From: Myxococcota bacterium
GTDB lineage: Bacteria; Myxococcota_C; UBA6777
Direction: 5' to 3'
DNA length: 61,337 bases
NCBI GenBank assembly: GCA_023150835.1
Contig: JAKLKB010000023.1
Coordinates: 1-61,337, forward strand
In this document: one piece after another, positions 36,723 to 44,641 of the stretch
Layout of the letters: each line of letters starts with the position of its first letter
Position numbering within the stretch: the stretch's first letter is position 1
Made by a program: the position numbers and the translations under genes
The notes under the pieces: generated by a model
Told to the model about the DNA's origin: nothing
Databases searched by the model: none
What the model saw: the letters and a program-made list of their open reading frames with translations, nothing else

Positions 36723-37577
36723 TCAAAAGAAGACGTGCATGGCGAGACTCCACCAAAAGAGCTTGGGTGCGCCGACGCCGCCCATGACACGGACGTCGAA
36801 GCGCTCGTGGATAGGGAAGCTAAAGCCGAGGACGAGATCGAGGATCGGGAGGACGGGAGGGACGCGCCCTTCGCGACGCCCACCATCGTCGATGTTTTTG
36901 TTGTCGGGCATGGATGTATTGAGTTTGCAGCCAGCGGGGCAACGGATGGCGGGGACGGGGTTGTTCACGGGGTCTTTTTTCCAGTTTTCGTAGGAGGCTC
37001 CGGTGGGGAGGGTGTCGGTGCGGGTGATCTGCCCGAGGGTGATGCCAAGGCCGATGCCACCGCCCAAAAAGAAACTGACATGGCGATGAAACGGAAAGTG
37101 CTTGATAAAGCGCACATCAAGGGCGATGTAAGATAGGCTGTTTTCTACGATCTCTCGCTCGCTGGGGCTGTCGCCTTTGTTGAGAAAGATGTGGGGGATG
37201 GGGCTTCCTTTGCTGTCGGTTCCGTTGGCGAAGGTGAGATTGTGCCAACCCGCCCCAAAAGCGTACTCGAAATCACCCGCTGAGCGTAAGATGAATTCGA
37301 CTTGGAAGCCGCCGTTGACCACACCCGATGATTCGGAGAAAAACAACCCGTTGAGGAAAAATTCAGGGACAAACAGCATCCCGCCACGTATGCCGATCCC
37401 GTATTTGAAATAGTCGATGCTACCGAGGAAGTTCGCTTTAGGAGTGACGTTGGCTTTGATAGGTGTAGAAGGGGGCGGTGTCGGCGCAGGGACAGCATCA
37501 AGAGAACGGGCATGGGCGGTAGAAAGAGAAAAAGTCAGACTTATGGCAAGCAAAAAGAGAAGGAATGTTCGTCGCAT
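36723..37577 (-). CDS. Outer-membrane beta-barrel protein, hypothetical
   Basis: Signal peptide MRRTFLLFLLAISLTFSLSTAHA; alternating beta strands (YGIGIRGG, FFLGGGIGLG, FDVRVMGGVG); C-terminal Phe. Confidence 0.75.
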   Translation of the reverse strand: MRRTFLLFLLAISLTFSLSTAHARSLDAVPAPTPPPSTPIKANVTPKANFLGSIDYFKYGIGIRGGMLFVPEFFLNGLFFSESSGVVNGGFQVEFILRSAGDFEYAFGAGWHNLTFANGTDSKGSPIPHIFLNKGDSPSEREIVENSLSYIALDVRFIKHFPFHRHVSFFLGGGIGLGITLGQITRTDTLPTGASYENWKKDPVNNPVPAIRCPAGCKLNTSMPDNKNIDDGGRREGRVPPVLPILDLVLGFSFPIHERFDVRVMGGVGAPKLFWWSLAMHVFF

Positions 37578-40396
37578 ATCTGTTTTACCGTGTATTGTGA
37601 GGAGTGAATGGCCGCAGGCATGGACCTGAGACCCGAAGTGTTGGTGCGCAGGAAAGACCACCCTGACCGCGTTGTTCGATGCAAATGAAGCCTGATATCC
37701 GAAGTATTGGTGCGCAGAAGCGTTGTTTTGCGCAAGGGTTTTTGGGAGGGAGGAGTTGAGAGAGCAGGAGGCGGGAGGGCAGGGCGGTGGGAGGTGGCTT
37801 GCATGGGACGCCAAGGAGTGTGAGTGAGATCGCAGGGGGGCGGAGCAGAAGACCGCTGTTGGGGTGAACACAGACGCAAGAGATGTTGGTGGTGTTGTTC
37901 TGCGAAGGAAGGGCGCTGTTTGTGTTGGATCTGGTCGTGCAAGATGGCAGCGCGCAGCGAGACGTTAGGGAGGGGAGGGGAGACTTGTTTTGACCAGAGG
38001 GCGAGGGCGTTTTGGGAGAGCAGGGGTTGAAAAGAGGCGGGTTGGATGGTGTGGAGGGCTTGGAGGATCGGGGGGAGAGGGGAGGGGAGGGGTGATCTTT
38101 TGGGGAAGGCAGCGATGCGTTGGGCTTGGCGAGAAGCGACGAGCGCAACAAGTGGAGCGTGTGGGTTCCAGTCGGCGACAAAGAGTTGTGTGTGTTGAAA
38201 GGTCCGAAGGAAGGGGGGAAGTAACGAGGCGAGAAGGTTTGGAGAGAGGCGGTGAAGAGGGAGCCAAGAGATGTAGAGGCCGTCGGGTTGAAGGCGCTGT
38301 TGGACGGCGGAGAGGTAAGGGAGAGAAAACCGCTGGTCATCTAAATGGGCGGAAGGACGGAAAAGATCGTCGATGATCAGGTCAAAGGAGCGATTGGAGC
38401 GTTGAAGGAAGCGGAGCTTGTTTTGGTGAAGGATGCGGATGCGAGGGTTTTTCCAAACGGAGAGGTTGGCGTGGTGGAAGAGAGGGGCGATGGACGAGAG
38501 GAGTGGGTGTTCTTCGACGCATTGGATATGGGGGGAGGGGTGTTGGGCGAGTGCTGCGAGCGTACTGCCGTTGGAAAGCCCCAAGAGAAGGACGTTTTGT
38601 GCTTTTGGGGACAGCGCATAGGAAAAGTGTCCGAGCAGGTATTGTCGTTGGAGGTCGTGGGGATGGGTTGAGGTGGTGTCGTCGTCGTTGTTGATGGCGA
38701 GGCTGCGGTGAGGTGGTGCGTTTGAAGATGTGGCGGTCTCGTAGACGGCGAGCGTGAGGGCGGTAGCGTCTTTGTAGAACAACAAGCGTTTGTGGGGCTG
38801 ATGCTTGGCGGGATTGATTTGTGGACAGCGGTCTTGTTGCCAAACCCAAAGAGCGAGGGCCAAGCCAGAAGCGAGCGACAAACGCACAAAAGAGGTCGAG
38901 GGCAGCCAACAAAGGAGGGCCAGCGCCATCGACCCATAAGCGGCGGCGATCAACCACAGACTTTCGGCGATGCCGAAGGTGGGCATCCACCAAAAGGCGA
39001 CGGCAAGGCTTCCGAGGATGCTTCCGACGGTGTTGACGGCGTAGAGACGACCTGCGGTGCTTCCTGTTTGGCGGCGATCTTGGGTGGCGAGGCCGATCAA
39101 GATCGGCAGGGCAATTCCCATCAAAAAAGTGACAGGAAACATCAGTACAAAGGCAAAAAAGTTGTCGAAAAAAAGAGTTGTGTTCCAAGAGGCCGTTCCA
39201 TACGCAGCAAGCAAGGTGCTTCTCCACGCGGGGATGCGTGGGAAACACAGCACAGGCAACAAGGATGCTGCGGCGATGGCGAGATAAGCGCGCCAAAGTG
39301 TGCTTGCAGAAGGGGGGCGCGCACGAGCGCAACGTCCGATCCAAAGGGAACCAGCGCCCACACCGAGAAGATAGGCGGACATGACCAACCCAAAGTCCGC
39401 CACCGAGGTTGGCAAGACCAACGAAAGCGAGCGCGTCCACAAGACTTCGAGGCTGATCGAAAGCAGGCCGCTCGCCGCAGCAAGCAACAAAAAAAGCATG
39501 AACGGCAAAGTAGGCGTTGTTCGCTCGGAAGGATGGGCGTCTGTGTGCGGGTGTGTGGTATCCTCGGAAGGATGGGCGTCTGCGTGCGGGTGTGTGGTAT
39601 CCTCGGAAGGATGGGCGTCTGTGTGCGGGTGTGTGGTATCCTCGGAAGGATGGGCGTCTGTGTGCGGATGTGTGGTGATCGCGGAGGGATGGGCGTCTGT
39701 GTGCGGATGTGTGGTATCCTCGGAGGGATGGGCGTCTGTGTGCGGATGTGTGGTGATCACGGAGGGATGGGCGATATCGGTAGCGATGGAGGGGCTGTGA
39801 GGGCTGGGTGTTGGGAGTCGGAGGGTGCGCAACCAGAGAGCGATCGCGAGATTCAGCAGAGCCATGCTCCAAGTGGTTGCGGCTTGCCCAGCGTAGGGAA
39901 GCCACCAAAAGGCGACGACAAAGCATCCGATCACCGCGCCAAGGGTGTTGAATCCATAGAAATAGCCAGTGGCGTGGGTGGGGTTGGGAAGATGGCGGAC
40001 GACGGCGGCCATCGCTGGAAAGACGGCCCCGATCAAGGTGGCGGGGAGGCAAAGGATGGCGGTGCTAAGAGCGAGAAGCAGGGCGGTATTTTCGTGTTGG
40101 CTCGGTAAGTAGGCGAGAAGGGCGTCAGCAGCTTGGAAGAGAAAGGGGACGGTGGAGGCGCTGATGGCGATCAAGAGTTCGAGGCGGGCGTAGAGACGGA
40201 GCGGATCGGGGTGGCGGTCGAAAAAGCGCCCGCCCCAAACGGCTCCAAGGGCCATCCCTGCGAAGAAGATGGAGACGGTCACGGAGACCGCAGGAGTGGA
40301 AGCGCCGAGCAGTTGGTGGAGATAGCGCATCCACGTAATCTCGTAGGCCAGCCCTGCGATCCCCGAAAGAAAGAATGCGATCCATAAGATAACCAC
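37541..40396 (-). CDS. Fused MFS-like/spermidine-synthase-like membrane protein, divergent
   Basis: GTG 40396 after GAGGA; FFLSGIAGLAYEITWMR, YGFNTLGAVIG, LYAVNTVGSILG; degenerate SAM motif VLLLGLSNG; FDLIIDD. Confidence 0.85.
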   Translation of the reverse strand: MVILWIAFFLSGIAGLAYEITWMRYLHQLLGASTPAVSVTVSIFFAGMALGAVWGGRFFDRHPDPLRLYARLELLIAISASTVPFLFQAADALLAYLPSQHENTALLLALSTAILCLPATLIGAVFPAMAAVVRHLPNPTHATGYFYGFNTLGAVIGCFVVAFWWLPYAGQAATTWSMALLNLAIALWLRTLRLPTPSPHSPSIATDIAHPSVITTHPHTDAHPSEDTTHPHTDAHPSAITTHPHTDAHPSEDTTHPHTDAHPSEDTTHPHADAHPSEDTTHPHTDAHPSERTTPTLPFMLFLLLAAASGLLSISLEVLWTRSLSLVLPTSVADFGLVMSAYLLGVGAGSLWIGRCARARPPSASTLWRAYLAIAAASLLPVLCFPRIPAWRSTLLAAYGTASWNTTLFFDNFFAFVLMFPVTFLMGIALPILIGLATQDRRQTGSTAGRLYAVNTVGSILGSLAVAFWWMPTFGIAESLWLIAAAYGSMALALLCWLPSTSFVRLSLASGLALALWVWQQDRCPQINPAKHQPHKRLLFYKDATALTLAVYETATSSNAPPHRSLAINNDDDTTSTHPHDLQRQYLLGHFSYALSPKAQNVLLLGLSNGSTLAALAQHPSPHIQCVEEHPLLSSIAPLFHHANLSVWKNPRIRILHQNKLRFLQRSNRSFDLIIDDLFRPSAHLDDQRFSLPYLSAVQQRLQPDGLYISWLPLHRLSPNLLASLLPPFLRTFQHTQLFVADWNPHAPLVALVASRQAQRIAAFPKRSPLPSPLPPILQALHTIQPASFQPLLSQNALALWSKQVSPPLPNVSLRAAILHDQIQHKQRPSFAEQHHQHLLRLCSPQQRSSAPPPCDLTHTPWRPMQATSHRPALPPPALSTPPSQKPLRKTTLLRTNTSDIRLHLHRTTRSGWSFLRTNTSGLRSMPAAIHSSQYTVKQICDEHSFSFCLP
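39524..39772 (-). repeat. 39 bp tandem repeat x6 (HPSEDTTHPHTDA)
   Basis: + strand unit ctcggaaggatgggcgtctgtgtgcgg(g/a)tgtgtggtatc. Confidence 0.95.
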
Positions 40397-40618
40397 GCGA
40401 CGATCCTCGTAGCAAAGCGCCTCAACGCGGAGTGTCTTTGACCAGAGTTCTTTGAGCGTTTGCGATCGGACGGGAAAAGCGGAGTGGCGGGGCGGTTTGC
40501 GTACCGCCAAGATCAAGGCGTCCGAGTGTGTGCAAACCGCTCTAGATAGGCGGAAGATCGAGGAAAAAGCAAGAGGCACAGGGTGAAAAATCGGTGAAAT
40601 CTGTTGGGCCGAAGCGGT

Positions 40619-42763
40619 TTACTTTCCACGTTGTTTGGCGAAACCCTTGATCTCAAAGTCTTTGAAGTCGCAGTGCGCGTTACGGCAGAAAACACCCGCA
40701 TTGAATTCTGTGATGGCTTGTGCGGGGAGTTGAAGTTGCTGGATGCTTTTGTCTTGGATAAAGGCGGAAACAAGGCCACGTTGGACGATCAGTTTGAGAT
40801 GGAGGTGTTGGCGCGTGTGGAAGGTTTCGTTGTAGGTGCCGGTGTGTTCGATCGGTGCGGTGGATGCGTTGCGTGCGGGATGGTAGTGGAGTTGGTAGCT
40901 CCATGTCCCAGCTACGGGGCGCATCCGCAAACTGATCTCGCTGCCGTCAAGTCCACGAAGCCCAAGGCCCAAGGTGGTTTGGCGCTTGTTGGCGGATTGG
41001 GTGTTTCCAAGTCCGCGCTGGAGGTGGCGCAGATAACTTTGAAGAGGGGTGTGGTTTTGGCCTTCTTTGACGATCGCGGGGAGGAAAGCGGCGCGGGTTT
41101 GAACTTCGAGGTCATCGGCTTGAAGAAGGTGGCCTTTGTAGAGAGCCCAACGCAGATCGACGTTGTGGTTGAAACCTTTGTGGTAGGTGTCTTGTTGGAG
41201 ATTTTGATCGAGGGGCTGCCAGAAGCCTTTGTTGTGCCACTGTGTGCGGGGATGGCCGCCCCAAGCGTCGGTTGCGGGTCGTGCGCGGAGATCAAAAAAC
41301 AAGCGTTGTCGGCCATCTTGGAGGGTTGTGGTTTGGGCGTATTGTTTTTCCCAAGGGATCATCACGGGCGAACCGTTGAGGTCGCGAAGGTGCGGAGGCT
41401 TGGGAGAAAACAGAAAGAACAGCCCAACGGCAAGGGCGAGGGCCAACAAAACAAGACTGGTGATGATCAACTGGCGGAGTTTGTGCGGTTCCCAATCTTC
41501 GTGGAGGTCGGAGGTTTCGGGATCTTCGGCTTCGCTGCGTCGGCTGAGCGAGGCTTTGAGGCGGCTTGGCCAAAGAGTGAGGCGTTGGCGCAAAGAGCCT
41601 TGAGAGCGTTCGGGAGCCTCGGTGAGTGCGTGAGCGGCTTCGTGATCGACGACCGTATCGCGGGGGGCGGGGACAGGCGAATGGGAGGGGATAGCGTCTT
41701 GCAGGTCCTTCCACAATTGGTCGGTCGAATCGAAGCGTTTGAGAGGCGAAGTGGCGAGACAGCGTCGGATGATCTGATCGACTTTGGGGTGTTCGGGGAC
41801 GATGATGGTGTCGGGGCCGGGGAGTCGGGGAAAGGGGAGTTGTCCTGTGACCAGTTCAAACAGGATCACGCCCATGCTGTAGATGTCAGCGCGGTGATCG
41901 ACATTCTTTGCATCGCGCCGTTGTTCGGGGGCCATATAACACTCGGTTCCCATCGAGACAAAGCTTTTGGTGAGTTTGCGGATGTGCGTGGTTTCGTGGG
42001 TGACGCCCGCGAGGCCGAAGTCTGCGACTTTGAGCGTGCCGTCTGCCGTAAAGAGCAAGTTTTCGGGTTTCAAGTCGCGGTGGATCACGCCCTTGCTATG
42101 GGCATAAGCCATCGTCTTGGTCAGATCGAGCATGATACGGACGGCTTCTTGAGCAGGAAATGCCCCGTCTTGCATGAGTTCGCGCAGAGAAGGCCCATCA
42201 ATAAACTCCATCACAAAGTAATGGCGGTGGCGATTGGCTCCTCGGTCGATGACGTACACGATGTTGGGATGATGCAACTGGGCCATCGCAGCGGCTTCTT
42301 TGGTGAAGCGCATGATCGAGGCGTTGTTTCGGGCCAGTTGGGTATCGAGTGTTTTGATCGCGACGATCCGTCCGAGGGATTTTTGAACTGCGCGATAGAC
42401 TTGGCCCATGCCACCGCGCCCGAGGCAATCTTGGATATCGTAGCCATCGATGGCAAAGCTGGGTTTTCGAGCGTTATCGCGGGGTGTAGGCAGAGGGCGA
42501 TGGCGGACGCCGTGTGCAAAGGCAGCGGGTTCTTGTGGGGAGGGCTGGGCCTCTTGGGCTTGCCCATTGAGTAGCTCCATCTCTGGCAGGCCCACTTCGG
42601 TGGGGTCGTTGTAAGCGAGGGCAAGGTTGCCGTCGGCGGCGACCGCACGCAAGAGGGCGACACGAAAGTAAGCACGACATTTGACGCAGCGGGTATGCTC
42701 GCCGTGTTTGAGTTGGCTGACGTCTTGTTCGGCTTGGCAGTGTGGACAGGCTTGCAAGTTCAT
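40619..42763 (-). CDS. Ser/Thr protein kinase: zinc ribbon, kinase, TM, beta-rich extracytoplasmic domain
   Basis: CPHC..CVKC, LGRGGMG, VAIK, HRDLKPEN, DFG, GTECYMAPEQ; TM LIITSLVLLALALAVGLFFLF. Confidence 0.95.
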   Translation of the reverse strand: MNLQACPHCQAEQDVSQLKHGEHTRCVKCRAYFRVALLRAVAADGNLALAYNDPTEVGLPEMELLNGQAQEAQPSPQEPAAFAHGVRHRPLPTPRDNARKPSFAIDGYDIQDCLGRGGMGQVYRAVQKSLGRIVAIKTLDTQLARNNASIMRFTKEAAAMAQLHHPNIVYVIDRGANRHRHYFVMEFIDGPSLRELMQDGAFPAQEAVRIMLDLTKTMAYAHSKGVIHRDLKPENLLFTADGTLKVADFGLAGVTHETTHIRKLTKSFVSMGTECYMAPEQRRDAKNVDHRADIYSMGVILFELVTGQLPFPRLPGPDTIIVPEHPKVDQIIRRCLATSPLKRFDSTDQLWKDLQDAIPSHSPVPAPRDTVVDHEAAHALTEAPERSQGSLRQRLTLWPSRLKASLSRRSEAEDPETSDLHEDWEPHKLRQLIITSLVLLALALAVGLFFLFSPKPPHLRDLNGSPVMIPWEKQYAQTTTLQDGRQRLFFDLRARPATDAWGGHPRTQWHNKGFWQPLDQNLQQDTYHKGFNHNVDLRWALYKGHLLQADDLEVQTRAAFLPAIVKEGQNHTPLQSYLRHLQRGLGNTQSANKRQTTLGLGLRGLDGSEISLRMRPVAGTWSYQLHYHPARNASTAPIEHTGTYNETFHTRQHLHLKLIVQRGLVSAFIQDKSIQQLQLPAQAITEFNAGVFCRNAHCDFKDFEIKGFAKQRGK

Positions 42764-42850
42764 ACTTTCTTTCTCTCCAAAACAGACCATGGGCGATCTT
42801 GCCCTTGCAGTGGGTTTATACGCCTGTTGTGGCACGCGATCAGAGAAAGA

Positions 42851-43867
42851 TCAATTTTTTGGCTTGGTTTGGTGGGAGGAGCGAAGAAGGTCGATCAGTT
42901 GTTGGAGGTCGGGCGGGAGGGGAGAGTCAAAGCAGAGAGGCTCTTGGGTGACGGGATGGGTAAAGGCGAGACGCGCAGCGTGGAGGGCTTGGCGAGGGAA
43001 GTTGCGCAAGAAGTTCGGCCAGTTGTGGGGAGCCGTACCGCCATAAAGAGCATCCCCGATCAGCGGGCGTCCACGATCCGCAAGATGGACGCGGATCTGG
43101 TGCGTTCGCCCCGTATGAAGGCGCAATTGAACCAACGTCGCCAACGCATAACGCTCCACCACCACGAGATCTGTGATGGCGCGGCGTTCGCTTTCCACCA
43201 ACGAGCTAAAGCGCAAACGCTGCGTAGGATGCCGTCCATAGGGCGTATCGATGTGGAGGCTGTCTTCTTGGAAATGGCCGCGTGCGATCGCGAGATAACG
43301 GCGATCAAGGTGTTCTTTGGGGCGCAATCGAAACAGATCCGAGAGACCCCGATGGGACTGATCGTGTTTGGCAACCACCAACAAGCCCGAAGTATCGCGG
43401 TCTAAGCGGTGGACGATCCCGGGACGCAACGCGCCGCCGATCCCCGAAAGATCGCGGCAACGGTGTAACAACGCATTGACGAGCGTTCCGCTTGAATGTC
43501 CCGGGGCTGGATGGACGACCATCCCGACGGCTTTATCGACAACGATCAAGTGTTCGTCTTCAAAAACGATCTGGAGCGGCAGATCTTCGGGGATGGCGGT
43601 GATCGGCTCGGGCGGGGGAGGGATGATCTCGATGGTATCGCCCGAATGGATGCGATCTGCTGGGCGTGCAGGGCGATGGTTGCGGAAAATATGGCCTTCT
43701 TGAATCCAACGCTTGAGTTGAGATCGGCTGTAAGGCAAGCTATCGAGAGCCGCGAGAAAGCGATCAAGCCGTTGTTGGGCGTCTTGGGGGGAAACTTGAA
43801 GGACCAGTGCAGCGGATTCGGCTGAGGCTTCTTCGCTATCTTCCGTTAATTCGATATCTTCGTCCAC
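42851..43867 (-). CDS. rluD: RluA/RluD family 23S rRNA pseudouridine synthase
   Basis: S4 domain RLDRFLA..SRSQLK; VVHPAPG; HRLDRDTSG; TGRTHQIRVH; RQALHA. Confidence 0.92.
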   Translation of the reverse strand: MDEDIELTEDSEEASAESAALVLQVSPQDAQQRLDRFLAALDSLPYSRSQLKRWIQEGHIFRNHRPARPADRIHSGDTIEIIPPPPEPITAIPEDLPLQIVFEDEHLIVVDKAVGMVVHPAPGHSSGTLVNALLHRCRDLSGIGGALRPGIVHRLDRDTSGLLVVAKHDQSHRGLSDLFRLRPKEHLDRRYLAIARGHFQEDSLHIDTPYGRHPTQRLRFSSLVESERRAITDLVVVERYALATLVQLRLHTGRTHQIRVHLADRGRPLIGDALYGGTAPHNWPNFLRNFPRQALHAARLAFTHPVTQEPLCFDSPLPPDLQQLIDLLRSSHQTKPKN

Positions 43868-43930
43868 GTAGTCGGCCTTTTTCCGAGGGCGTTCTTCTCT
43901 CCCAAAAGAGGAGTGACGCAGTTGGACTTC

Positions 43931-44060
43931 GTCTTGTGGGGTGTCACCCCACGCCCCACAAGGGACTGTCGCCCCTTGACCCCGTATTGGCGAACAGATC
44001 GCTGGTTTTTCACGCCAACGACCCTGTCGCTTGGGCGTTCGCGAACACGGGTTTTTTTGC
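43931..44060 (-). repeat. ~130 nt dispersed double-hairpin element, copy C
   Basis: Reverse complement caaaaaaacccgtgttcg...caagcgacagggtcgttggcgtgaaaaa...cgccaatacggggtcaaggggcgacagtcccttgtggggcgtggggtgacaccccacaag is colinear with copy B. Confidence 0.85.
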
Positions 44061-44096
44061 CAACAACGTCACTCCTTCCAAAAATAAAGGGGGATC

Positions 44097-44366
44097 TCAG
44101 TCCCAGATATGGGATTCGAGGTTTTTTTTGCGGTAGAGGATCACGTCGACCACTGCGCGTTCAAAGTAGTTGGTGGTGGCGAGGATCTCGGGCTTGACTT
44201 GGGCTTCGTATTGTTCTTTGCCTTCGGAGAAGAAGTTTTGCAGATCTTCAAAGAAAGAGTCTTTCATCACGCTTTCTTCGACTTTCTTTTTGTTGTACAT
44301 CTCGATGTCTTGGACAATATAGCGTGCGTAGCGCATCGCTTTTTCGGGAGTGTCTTTGCTCGCCAT
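44097..44366 (-). CDS. Conserved small hypothetical protein (89 aa)
   Basis: ATG after GAGGTG; KAMRYARYIVQDIEMYN...EGKEQYEAQV...NYFERAVVDVIL resembles a myxobacterial A-x-R-x-A-R-x-I-x-x-D-I-x-x-Y-N family, recognised from memory. Confidence 0.85.
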   Translation of the reverse strand: MASKDTPEKAMRYARYIVQDIEMYNKKKVEESVMKDSFFEDLQNFFSEGKEQYEAQVKPEILATTNYFERAVVDVILYRKKNLESHIWD

Positions 44367-44641
44367 CGTCGTCACCTCGCGTTGGATTGGTCTTTTGAGT
44401 TTGCACACAACGCCCGCAGCAAAACATGAAGCGATGCGCGTTGTCAAGATTGTGTTGGAGTTTGCGTGGGGGGTTGCGCTGGACAAAATATTTGTCAAAG
44501 TGGAGCGATGTCGGCTACGATCGGGCGGACTCTTGTGGCACGCCATATAGAGACCAAAGCGAGACACCCCTTAGAACAAAGGAGAACCCGACAAAAACGC
44601 ACGATGTTTTCGGTGTGTTTTTCTCGGGTGCTTGTCGGAAG

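Noticed and set aside
39524-39772. 39, 42 and 48 bp arrays (also 8066 and 45268) as possible CRISPR arrays
   Set aside because: Head-to-tail repeats without unique spacers, in frame within genes, and no cas genes.
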